Source of the DNA: Camelus ferus
Lineage: Eukaryota
NCBI RefSeq assembly: GCF_009834535.1
Contig: NC_045696.1
Location: 36,024,001 to 36,088,000 of the forward strand
Direction of reading: 5' to 3'
DNA: 64,000 nucleotides
A model generated the notes under the pieces. That model searched no databases. It saw only the letters and a list, made by a program, of their open reading frames with translations, and was not told where the DNA came from. Of the stretch, positions 52,374 through 63,600 are shown piece by piece; the stretch's first letter is position 1; the number at the start of each line of letters is the position of its first letter. Both the position numbers and the translations under genes were made by a program.

Positions 52374-52650
52374 TTGATTCAAACAAAAAAGCAAAAATCC
52401 AAACATCAGTTCCATTTTTTGCAGGAGATTTCAAACATGAGTAACACTGGCAATGAAGAAAGCTTTGTGCAATCTATGCCATTTAACAAATGCATCAAAT
52501 GGAATGGGAAAGTGAAAGCTCTAAACATTAATACAAGTACATTCTTCACCTTGTAATACTGAACAAGTTTACTGTTATAAATGTCTACCATTATCAAAGT
52601 GGCATCATCATCAAAATGGCATCGGTTGGCCACTTTTCCAATGAACAAGT
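52374..52650 (+). pseudogene. piggyBac-like transposase fossil, piece D (third D and KW motif)
   Basis: VPFFAGDF / NMSNTGNEESFVQSMPFNKCIKWNGKV (cf. KPxxIxDYNxxMGGVDxxDQxxxxYxxxRKxxKWxKKV); expected D is GGC at 52449-52451; INTSTFFTL*Y follows. Confidence 0.55.
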
Positions 52651-52679
52651 ATTAACACCAGTGTCATTTTTTTCTGCTC

Positions 52680-53370
52680 CTCTAACATGTACACTTTGTC
52701 ATCCAGTTCTAAAAGACAATGTCCAAAGTCTCTAATATCGTCCACTCCTTTCTATTGGCTTGACTATACCCCTCATATATTTCTCAAGTATGGCTACATT
52801 TGCCTTTTAACTGTCTCCTTAACTCCAATTCTTTCTCATATTTATTTTATAATAGTCAAGAGGTTCTTACCATATGTAGATTGATCATGCCATACTCTTA
52901 TTTATAAATCTTCAAGGTTTTCTTTTTACCCTGGAGATAAAGCACAAACTCCTTAGTATAGCAGTCACAACTGGCCATAGGTTGGCCCACCCCACTTACT
53001 TATCCAGTTGTATCTCCTAATGCCACTCTCTCATCTGTGATTTATTTCAGTCAGGTCACCAAATGTTTCTTGAAATACCCTGTAGATGTTTGAGTTTACT
53101 CACACTTCTTTCTTTGTAGAATTCCTTTCCCCTTCCTGCCTGCATTACTCTTGGAAAACTTGCACTGCACTATCAAGACCTGAATAAGGACACATGCTCT
53201 TTATCTGACTCCTACCAGCTCCCCAGAGGCAGTCCCTTATCTGAAGTGCCATCATATCAACACAGATATTGCATCAATTACTTTACAAGCCTTCTCCCTC
53301 GCTTTGGTATGCCCAAAACAAACAGCACATTGCAGGTCCTAATAAATACACGCTGCATTAATTAATGAAT
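52680..53370 (+). mobile_element. L2 LINE 3' fragment
   Basis: gatcatgccatactctta...ataaagcacaaactccttag; ends gcaggtcctaataaatacacgctgcattaattaatgaat. Confidence 0.65.
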
Positions 53371-53543
53371 TCTCCCTTATTAGCCGGTCAGCATGCCCCA
53401 ACCACTGGCAAGCTGAGCTACCAGTGGCCCTTCACTTTCGTACTCACATGCCCACCTCCAGCAGGCTCACTTTCTTCTTATTCTTCTCCCATGGCAGACT
53501 CTATTCTAATCCATATTTTTACTGAATGAAAGTTAACTGGAGT

Positions 53544-53691
53544 CCCAATTTATCCCTCCAGTTAAATAAATTGGGAATGTGGGATTGGCAGATACAAACT
53601 ACTATGTATAGAATAAACAACAAGGTCCTACTGTATAGCACAGGGAACTATACTGTAGTAACCTATAATAATATATGAAAAAGAAAAAAAG
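53544..53691 (+). mobile_element. ~150-bp L1 3' UTR insertion with small 5' inversion
   Basis: TSD taactggagt at 53534-53543 and 53692-53701; aacaaggtcctactgtatagcacagggaacta; inverted cccaatttat / ataaattggg. Confidence 0.85.
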
Positions 53692-55574
53692 TAACTGGAG
53701 TAATATTTTGGTCAGAATATAAAAGAAAAGGTCATTACTTTTAAGAAGTAGTTTTTAGAAGACAGTTGTCCAGGAACTTTTAGCATTTCTGCACAACTTG
53801 CAAACAAAGACACTTGCTGCCCTTTTGTTCCAAATAATCTTTTCAAGTATGTTTTCATAGAAAAGAGCCTTGGAAGATGGTATCTCCCTTCAAACAATGC
53901 AGGTTTATTGACTGTCCAGTATAAAAAGATAATGGCTTCCTCCAGGGAAAAGGTTGGCCAGATGTGCTTGCAGTGCACAGTAAAAGAGTCAGGTTCCCTA
54001 AGCTCAGTGTTCCTCGGATGTGGCATAAATCATCACCCTGGGACTTGGTGGGGTTGGGGGTAAGGTCCACCACTGCAAACGTGACGTTTTGTGTTCCCTG
54101 CTGTGCTGTGAGTGATAAAGTCCCTAGTTTCTGACTTGGAGTCTCCTGTCTTCCTCCAGCTTCCATAAAAGTATGCCAGGCTAACTAGTATTCCTCATCA
54201 ATGCAGATGAGATTCTGACAGAGCCATGACTTTCTGGAAGAAAAAGAATAAGGCCTCATAGGCCTATTTAGTGATATGAAAAAACTCCCTGGAACGTAGA
54301 GAGCCTAGGAGTGTGGGGAGTTGAGAAGGAGGAAGTATCTCCTACTGAGCTACTTGTTAATGAATATTTAGTGATTGATGAAGGTAGGAATCAAGCTGTT
54401 CCAATAGTGATGTGACTGTTGGCCACTGTCCTCCAGGCAGGAGCAGGTAAGGATATTATCATGACAAGGGGGCAGAAAGCATCGCAACTCTGGCTGAAAG
54501 TCAATATGGTTACAGCTATGAGTCAAAGAGTCCCTCCACCTAAAATAGGACTTGCCACCTGATACAGATATTGGGCAGGTCAAAAATATTAAAGATCTGT
54601 CAGTTAAGCCATGCACCGTTCTAGGGACCACTTGAAACCAAAAGTAAATGTGCCATGCTTACTGGCATGAAATCATTCTCTCCCTTGATGCACGCTGTCC
54701 TTCTATCCTCCCCTCCTCCCTCTACCTCAACCTTAGTTGCTCTATGGTGAAAAATGATTAGGGGTGGGTTGAGGTTTTCCCTTCTTCATCATATACCTGA
54801 AACCATATGCACCTGTACAAGTACACTGGGAAACTTCAGAGACAGGAGGGACTCAAATGTTTATGGCTGTGTTGGATATAGGCACCCAATTCACAATCCT
54901 ACACAGTCCTGCAGAGCAAGAAGATAATCAAATTCAACTGTTGCTATTTGGACAGAGTTCATAGTGAGGCGGAGAAATCTGATGTGATTTTGTAGGTGGA
55001 TCCTATGGGGCCAATTCCATGTACTCTGCATATTCAAATGTAGAGACATCAACATTTGACTGTACAGTAGGACTGATGTGTTGTATGTTTGTACTTCACC
55101 ATCCTGGAAGTGCCACAGTGGCTTCCCTCAATCAAGGAACAGTTAAATGTGGGACAAACTCCCAGGCAACTTCCTACCAGTGGGTGGGTCAGGAATTAGT
55201 ATACACACCTCCACCCTCTAATGTCCAAAGCTTTCACTATGTTGATGATGTCCTGTTGGCTGGGAAGTCAGAAGCCCTAGTCTCTATGACCCTTAATGTA
55301 GTATTACCATACCTCTTCAGCAGGAGTGGCTCATAAATCCTGAGAAAAACATGTACCTGCATGCAAATTAGTTTCTTGGGACTATATAGGTAGATTCACA
55401 ATACTCAGTGCCCTCCAAAAATCAAAGGAAAACTGTTGTCTCTTTGGAACCCCCACAACCAAAAAGGAGTCCCACACATTACTGACACTTTAGGCTCTGG
55501 GGCAGTATTATCTCATTTGGACATTCTACTTGACTCTTTGTATCAGCTACCCACAAGTCAGCATTCTGCCTTCA

Positions 55575-56120
55575 GTTCTGCTACCAACTGCAAAGTTAGC
55601 AGAATTCATAAGACCACCCTCACTTGACACCAGTTATAGGTTCAGTGGCCCCCAAGACCATGCTTATGTTCAATAATTCACTTGAAGGACTCACAGCACT
55701 CACTGAAAGCTATTATAATTACTGTTTATTACAGGGAAAGGATATATACTAAACTAGCTAAGGGAATAAGTGTATATGGTAGAGTCCAAGAAATTCCCAA
55801 AATATGGAGCTTCCAGTTGTCCTCTCCCCAGAGTCATGGTGTTACTTTCCCAGAATTGTCTGTGATAATAGGCATGGTGCATTATCAACCAGAGAAGCTC
55901 AACTGACCCCTGGTGTTTCAGAGTCTTTATTGGCACTTGATCACACAAACTTGGTTGTCCCCTTAGGAGACAGACTGAGATGGCAAGATCCAAAGCCTCC
56001 ACCCTAAATCGCACTGTGGCTCAAAGCCCACAGGTAAACAAAGATATTTTTATCACTAAGACATTCCAAGGGCTTGGAGATTACTTCTCAGGGATGAAGG
56101 ACAGATTGTACCTCTCTTTT
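55575..56120 (-). mobile_element. MER21-like solo LTR nested in the provirus
   Basis: cccccaagacca...gaaggactcacagcactcactgaaagct...tttattacagggaaagga; ggagcttccagttgtcctctccc. Confidence 0.7.
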
Positions 56121-57539
56121 GGATCCTCTTCAGATTTTATTGCAAAATCTATTCAACAATTGGTTGAGAGTCTAGATACTTAATGGACCTTCCACATTCC
56201 CTGACATCTCCAAGAATCTGGTGTTACTTAGTTTCAGGAATTACCATTTCATAAACAACCCAAAGAATTTCCTGTCTTTAGCTTTCTGATCTTCTCCTTA
56301 TCCACACACCTTGGTGAAATAGTTTGGTCACTGAATGTGACCATCTCAGAAAGGAAATAATACTCTCAGCCATTTCCTGGTTAATGATGATGACCAAACT
56401 GTTGGAGTAGTATAGAGACCTGTTTTGAAAATGTGAGATTCTATTCTGACCATTTCTGGGCATGAGGCTACTTTCTTCCTCCTAAGGGCAACCTCAGGCT
56501 GACTAGGTTGTCACACCTTCTTGGTGACTGCTAAGCCAAAATGGGGCCTAGAGATTCAAACTCAATTCAGGTTCAGCCACTTGGATCTCCTGTTGGCTTG
56601 ACACAGTCTTAGATCATAAGGATACTGACCATTTGGTAGTCTACTGCTCACTGAGTCTTCCTACAGTAATCCACACAGGCCAAAATGAGGTACATAATAG
56701 CTACCTGTAACTTTTATATAAATGCCCTTGCTGCTCTTGTAACTAATCATTTTGGACAAAAAGACTGGGCATAAATAGGGGGTGACAGGTAAAAGGTGAG
56801 TTTATAGCTACTAAAATGGACACATTGATTTTGTGGAGATGAATGAAGAGCAATAATCTTAGCACCTGAGGAGGCAATACCTTGGATGCCAGGAAGAATG
56901 AGTAAGAAGGAAAATTCACAATCATTCTCTTTCAGAACATCCTAGTGGAATCTTCCGCGTGAAATAAAATGCCTCAGGGCAGCTCTTCAAAACTTAACAT
57001 TAGTGACTTAAAGTCAACTGAATCCCAGGTCAGCCATCCATCCTCTTCCAGAGGAGTCTGACTATGATTTGACTGTCATTTCTCTTAATGTTCTCAAGAT
57101 GACTATCTGAAAAAGCACTGGATGGTCCTAACTCCAAAAATACCTCTGAGGTCTTTCCCTACCCTGATTCCTGGTCATTCTGTTGGGCAGAGGAATGCCA
57201 ACCAGTTGGTAGTGTGGGAAAAGCAACAGTCCCTCTAAAAATAAGGAACAGAGTCAATTATTCAAACTGAACTTAGATCCCTATAGCCTATAATCCAGCC
57301 AGGTGGCTACACTGGAAGCACTCTCAACCTGTGCCCCCTGACTAATGTAGGTTCTATTTGAGGGGCCCACTGACCATAAACAACACTTTCTTTCCAGGGA
57401 CACCCTCAGGACAATATTTTTATGAGGAAGCCAGTCATAAACACAACTCCTTCCTAAAAACATGGTTGCTTGCACCTCAGTCATGGTCATAAAAGACCTT
57501 CAGTGTTGAAGGAAATACTACTTCAAGCCTGAAAGGCAT

Positions 57540-57710
57540 CAGGTCAGCCTGAACTCACTGACCAGGGTTGATAATGTATGTGAGACGTGACCTGGATTTC
57601 TCCTTTGCAGAACAAAGTGGAGGCTGAGCAATCTCTAGTACATCTTTCTGTACCTGGCTTAATTCTGCAAGCCAAGTGGAAAAGTCAATACAGAAACTTA
57701 AGGAGAAACC
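57540..57710 (+). pseudogene. Retroviral env transmembrane subunit remnant (ISD and CX6CC region)
   Basis: QVSLNSLTRV.. then from 57592 LDFSFAEQSGG*AISSTSFCTWLNSASQVEKSIQKLKEK (cf. LDFLLAxQGGVCAxxxTSCCTWIN). Confidence 0.8.
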
Positions 57711-58651
57711 ATCCAGCTTTCCAAGGGATACCCTAATGGTTCTGGAGGGATGACATGGTTGAGGTAAATAATGCTTGTTAGCCCCAACCTTCTACTTAGA
57801 GTCTTGCTGGGAATAGCCTTAAATAAATGCTGTATGAGACAAACCAAATGGTTCCAGTTTCTACTGGATTAATTAGAGTGTTGTACTCGTGGAAATATCT
57901 GCCATAGCAAAGATGATGTGGAAACAAGGAATTGCAATTATCTGGAGATAATTCCCATGGATATCTCACATTTCTGCACATTCTGTGAGCAAAAACACTA
58001 TCACTAACTACAATTTTTTTCTAAATTCTTTTCAAGGATATCTACACAGCAAATAGCCTTGTCAGATAAAGCCAATGTCTCCCTCCGAGACAAAGTAAAC
58101 AAACCCTCAAATATAATAAAGATAATGTCCCCTTACAGGGCAAAGGTTACACAGGTCTGCTTGCAGCTTATTATAAAATATTGGGGTTCATTAAGCTTGG
58201 GGTTCCTCAGATATGATGCAAACCTACTACATACACAGCATCCCCTCAGGTCATTTTGCATCTCCCTACCATGAGACTTAGGGGAAGAGGGGACTGACAC
58301 ATACATGAAGCTCATGCTGCTTGCTGTGCTGGGAGTAACAAGTCCTTTGTCTCTGACACAGAAGTCTCATGTTTTCTGCCAGAATTCAGGCTAAAAACTT
58401 TACTTTCAAGTAGTGTAAAACCTCTCTCAGACCCTTTACAATTCTTGATGGTATTTTGACATTTTTAAAGCAAATTTCTGTAGATAGCATGAGAGATGGG
58501 GAGAAGTCCAAAATGAGGGGGAAAACTGCATACAATTTCCATAAGTGTTCACTGTTAATTTGATCATTTATTTTTTCCTCAGGGATAAATTTCCCCTCTC
58601 AATTAAGCAGAGACATACACAAGAACATAGTTCTATTAAGCCTCCAACTGG

Positions 58652-58653
<2 letters not shown>

Positions 58654-58686
<33 letters not shown>
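58654..58686. repeat. (TA)n microsatellite
   Basis: Directly visible. Confidence 0.95.
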
Positions 58687-58693
<7 letters not shown>

Positions 58694-58959
58694 TTTCTTT
58701 ATTTAATTTGCAACTTAATTTAGACAGGTAGCCCTTAGACTCATAGGTGGATTTTGAGAAATTAGTATTTTTCTATCAAAATATTAAGATATAAATAACA
58801 GAGTAGCAATTGTTTAGAAAAATACTTTTTAAAAGTCATCATTGAAATGGGTTATCATTCTTAGCCTATTACTTTGCCGGCTGAGCTGTACAAAATATGT
58901 GTCTATAATGAACCATTCGTACAATTCCAGAAATACTAGAGAAGGAAATACTATAAGCA

Positions 58960-59080
58960 GCATCCAGTTCCATGGCAGTTACACTGGACCTCATGAGTGC
59001 TGTAGATTTTTGCATTATGTGCAAACATGTGGTCATTTAAAATGTTCTCTCTATGTATATGCCTGCTTTGAGGGTACGAA
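58960..59080 (+). pseudogene. piggyBac-like transposase fossil, piece E (C-terminal cysteine-rich domain)
   Basis: HECCRFLHYVQTCGHLKCSLYVYACFE (cf. YxCxxCxxxxxLCxxxCFxxYH); CFE codons 59064-59072. Confidence 0.45.
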
Positions 59081-60014
59081 TATGCTAGTATATAATATGA
59101 GTAAATAAAAAGTTACGCTTTAAGATCATCCATGAAATTATTTATAAAGCGCTTGTAATCTGGATCTTTTCTACAATTGCTGCCAGTTGAAAATGTGCTT
59201 CATCCTTTCTGGAATGGATTGCAGGGATATACACTCTGGGACATTTGAGTATAAAGGCCCAAAGGGGACATAGGCCTTGGGAACAGCTGTTTTGGGGGCC
59301 TGACTCCTTGTAAATATTAAATCTAATTTTTCCCAATTACAGCCAGCACATATGGATGTAATACTAGTAGGGGCATCTCATTTAATAACATCAATATAGT
59401 TAATATATTTGGGTTCATTTAAAGTTTATAGTCAGAACAACATAAGCACAAGGGTTTAAACTTATCATGTCTGCTAGCTGGCAAACATCCAGGTTAGATA
59501 ATTCAGTTGGTTGCTGTTTTTGTCTCAAATGAGTTTTATAATTGGTTCTTATTGTTACAGAATAGAGTCAGAAATATTCCACAAATAATGTTCAAAGAAT
59601 ATTTTAAAATACAGAATAAGATGTCATTATATATTCTTATGAAAATGCTTCATGTTATTTTAATTAAATTTCAACATTATAAAATTACTTAACTTCTTAA
59701 ATTCTTACTAAATTTATAAATACAAAAATAGTAATGTTTAAAAATCAGAATTTTTAAGCTTAGTATTAGTTACGAAGTTTTGAAGGATCATTTTGCCATG
59801 ACATTATAATTGAGAGTTCTTCTTTTTTCAGTACAATTCATGAATTTTAAAGTATGAATTATTTGTCACCAAATGTATATGTTTGCAATAGATATGTAAA
59901 CTAAAACTTAAATTCATTTTATTAATGGGTATTTATTTATGAAGTCAAAAGTTAAGTGACTCCACCATTTTTAACCTGATTATAATTAGGTCTAATGAGT
60001 TGCCGAATTTCCTA

Positions 60015-60180
60015 TAAGAAAAAAAAAAGAAAAAGTGCATAAAAGGGACTGAGGGAAGAGAGGAAGAGAAAGGGAGAGAAAATGGGAATGGAGGGAGGGA
60101 GAAACAAAGAATGGAATGGAAGGAAACAGGATGGAAGAGAGGGAAGGAAGGAAGGAAAGAGAGAAAAAGAGAAGAGAGAG
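60015..60180. repeat. Purine-rich low-complexity (GGAA/GA) tract
   Basis: Almost only A and G on the + strand. Confidence 0.85.
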
Positions 60181-60949
60181 ATTGTTAAGTTAAAGAAGTA
60201 CAAAAATGCTCATCCACCAGTTAGGGCCTAGTATTTAATATTTATCTTCCAGTTCACTAAATGATAACTAAAATCAGACTGTGAAAATAATATGCCTTCC
60301 ATCAGAAAGCAATATACTTAAGCAGAAATGTTTAACTTTATTTTTAATTACCCATGTCTACATTTCTGAATGGCATGAAAATTCAGGGTGTGTGGATAAT
60401 AAAGGGAAAAAGATTTCCCAAATGAGAACATACAGAGGACTTGAATATGTTCCAAGAACTATTGTCCATGGAACCTGAATGTTTGAGTCAAATTCCCTGC
60501 TAATATTAAAAAGTTATAGTTATAGTTATAGTACCTGTGATCTTGATTTTGACATTCAGACATGCAGGAAAGAAAATAATCTGCCCACTCCTTGAAAGAA
60601 AATATTTCTTCCTCTCATCTTTAATGTCAGAGGAATTCTGTACCCTTTTGTGGCTCTTATCACTTCCTGCCACCCTTATAGTCATTTTCAATGTCTCCCA
60701 TCTATCTGTACCTTCCTCAAGCATCTCATTCATCTTTGTTATCACCATACTGCCTAGCATATACCTTGCACGGAAATGTTTGTGATATGAAGGAGTGGAA
60801 AAAAGAGTGACTCTTTTATACAACTGACCCTTTGTAGGTAGGGCCAGGATTGTCACCACAGGGAGCCTAGTCCAGAAATTATTTTTCCCTTAAGTCTGGG
60901 CATAATCCTGAATGTCATGATCAGTCATCACTGTTGACTAGAAGCTTCC

Positions 60950-61180
60950 AGATAGCAGTTAAAAGACTAAGTCCTGTAGCCAGACTTAACGGAGTCTGAA
61001 ATCCGCTTTCCTTATTTTTAATCTGTGTAACTTTTTGCAAGTTACTGACGTTCTCCTTGCCTTAGTATCCTCACTATAGGATTTTTGTGAGATTTAAACA
61101 AGTTAATCCATATAAGGCACTTAGAACATTGCCTGAAACATGGAAAGCACTGACATAGGTTACCCATCATCATTATCACT
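60950..61180 (+). mobile_element. MIR SINE
   Basis: tgtgtaactttttgcaagttactgac...ggcacttagaacattgcctgaaacatggaaagcact. Confidence 0.7.
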
Positions 61181-61298
61181 GATTTATCATTTCTATACCA
61201 AGCACAAACCTATTATGTACTGAAGAGCACCCAAAGGCTTTCTCTCTATTCATAAAAGGAGATATACTTCCCCCAGAACATAGGAAAGACTCAATTTC

Positions 61299-61521
61299 TT
61301 TTTGTTTAATTTCAGCTTTTTTGAGGTATAACTGACAAATAAAATTGGAAGACATTTAAAGTGTATATCGTGGTGATCTGATGTTTATACATTGTGAAAC
61401 GTTTCCTTCTACCTAGTTAATCAACAAATCCATCATCTCACATATTTGTGTGTGTAAAAGCACTTTAAGTTTTATTCTCAGCAAATTTCAATGATACTAC
61501 ACATTTTACACCAGATCCTCC
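61299..61521 (-). mobile_element. Short L1 3' end with probable TSD
   Basis: cagcttttttgaggtataactgacaaataaaatt; flanks aga(c/t)tcaattt at ~61287 and ~61522. Confidence 0.75.
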
Positions 61522-63437
61522 AGATTCAATTTTACGTGACCTAAAGGACCCAAAAAAGGGGAGGTTTTATTTCACTTTTCTCAAGCAGATGCATTTCTTT
61601 GCCTAAACTTCCTAAAACTGACCTGTCAGATATCGGCTCCAAAATCTTCGACAGCCTTTCCGTGCACCATTTTTCTCCGGCCTAGGCCAGGAGATACTTC
61701 TTAATTAGTAACCACTATCTCTGTTTAATGAAAAAAGTAGATTTCTCACAAGTTTCTGTAACATATCTCACTCTATGAAGTTGATTAGAGCAAGTTTCAG
61801 TTCTGAAAATAGATTCAGATTCATTCATTTCCCAACAGGAATGCAAGCATATGCTTTCCTTCTTGAAGCAAGCTTGAAAAGACAGTGATTCATGACATTT
61901 GATTAATTACATCCTCTTGATAAATACATCCCTGGCAGCAGCATTATGATGGATATTTATACATGGGCATTTATCCTTAATCTTATGTTTTGACTTTTAA
62001 TGGACAACCAAGAAAAAAAAACCCATTGTCTGATGGCCAAGATAGGCATATTACACATTGCAACTTGACCACATTATAATTCTTGACATGCTCTGTCAGA
62101 GAAACGAGAAAAAGTTCAATCTTGAGGAAGTGAGAGACTGATCTACGATGTACACAAGAAATAAACAGCTCTACTACAGTAACAGAATTCTAATATATCT
62201 CATCCAGGCTTACATGGAACTTGCAACGACAGTATATTTAAGAGAAATTAACTCAAGATATGTAAATTGATTGAGTGCTGAACTGTGCTGCAGTTGTTAG
62301 AACTAATTTCTTCCCTCTGAATCTTATATTGATATTTATACCATTTTAGTAAGACTCTGTAATAAATCTCATATTAGGGGGTAGGGATTCTATTAAGTGA
62401 AAGTAACCACATATTCATCCAAGCAAATGCCAAGTAGAACAAGAAACAGATTTTAAATGGAAGTTAAAACTCATATATGTAATGAGTGATAATAATTCTT
62501 TTCATTACCAAAGTCCTTTCAAACATTCTGTCTCATGGACTCTTCATAAAATCCTTTGGTAAGGAAAGATATTTATCTCAGAGTTTAGGCCTGATATCTT
62601 ATGGATTTCTATTGCTGTTTGACAATGCTATCTTATGAGCTGGGAATTTTATCAAGGTAACGTTTAAGAATAAATCATTGAAATTTAATTAGTCATTTTT
62701 AACTGTTTTAGGAAAGTCAGTTGTAACTAAAGAACATTACATTTCCTCCTTTTTTATCCTTTAAAAAACGAGACTAATTTGCCTGAGAGACCAGGTGGTC
62801 AATTTGCATAGATAAGATCTAAGAAAATGTGTACCACACTCGAAGTTTAGGGAGGCAGGGAAGGGGAATGTGGGAAGAATAATGTATTTTTTAATCTTTG
62901 GTTTGCTAGCTTAGGCAAAGTCTTATTGGATCAGTGAGGACCAAAAATCTCTTTGTCTGTTTTCTAAAACCTTGGCCATTTTTCACATGAAATGTATCAT
63001 ATCTTTATTTTAGGAAACTTAATGAAGTAAACAGTACTAGAATAAAATAATAAAAAAATAGAAAGTTGAATGTAGAATAGTTTTAACTAATCAGAAATTT
63101 CATTTTCTTGATATAGCATATTTATTTTAGCCTTTTATTTAAAACATACTATATGTTTTAAATGTATGTTAAAATGTATCTGTTGCAGAAACAACACTGG
63201 TTACTTGCATCAAAAGTTGATAGTAATGAATATGAAAATACTCTAAGCTCCTTAAAACTAAGCTAATATACCATAAAACTGACTTTCAGAAATGGGATGT
63301 AAACTCTTTTGTCAGACCTGCTAGATTAAAGGAGAGAAAGAAGTGCTACCATTTGTAGGGTTTACTCTGGTAAGGGACAGAATAGAACTTCCACTACTAC
63401 AAAGCACCTCCCTTTTCCACTTAAAATGGCAGCTGAA

Positions 63438-63600
63438 GGGGGTAAGGTATAACTCAAGTCATAGACTACAAGCTTAGCATGCATGAGGTCCTGGGTTTAC
63501 TCTCCAGTACCTTCTCTAAAAATAAATAAACCTAATTACCTCCCCCACCCTGCCAAAATTAAAAAAAAAAATTTTTTTAATACATCCATAAAATTTTTTA
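63438..63600 (+). mobile_element. tRNA-derived SINE, camelid type, long variant
   Basis: gggggtaaggtataactcaag...gcttagcatgcatgaggtcctgggttt..ccagtacc, then aaacctaattacctcccc and A tail; TSD ggcagctg at 63428-63435 and 63605-63612. Confidence 0.85.

Larger units (their letters stand above)
53735..58450 (+). mobile_element. Old class III-like endogenous retrovirus with two related LTRs and pro/pol/env remnants
   Basis: LTRs ~53735-54220 and ~57915-58450 share catttctgcaca, cttttcaag(t/g)at, aagtcc..g..tctgac..g.agtctc.tgt; protease FMAVLDIGTQFTIL ~54860-54900; RT HYVDDVLL ~55235-55258; env TM remnant 57540-57710. Confidence 0.8.

Noticed and set aside
32684..59459. Possible piggyBac termini: ttaaaccctt (32684-32693) and its inverse aagggtttaa (59450-59459)
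   Set aside because: Only 10 bp, does not extend, not the canonical TTAA|CCC junction, and plausible by chance in AT-rich DNA.
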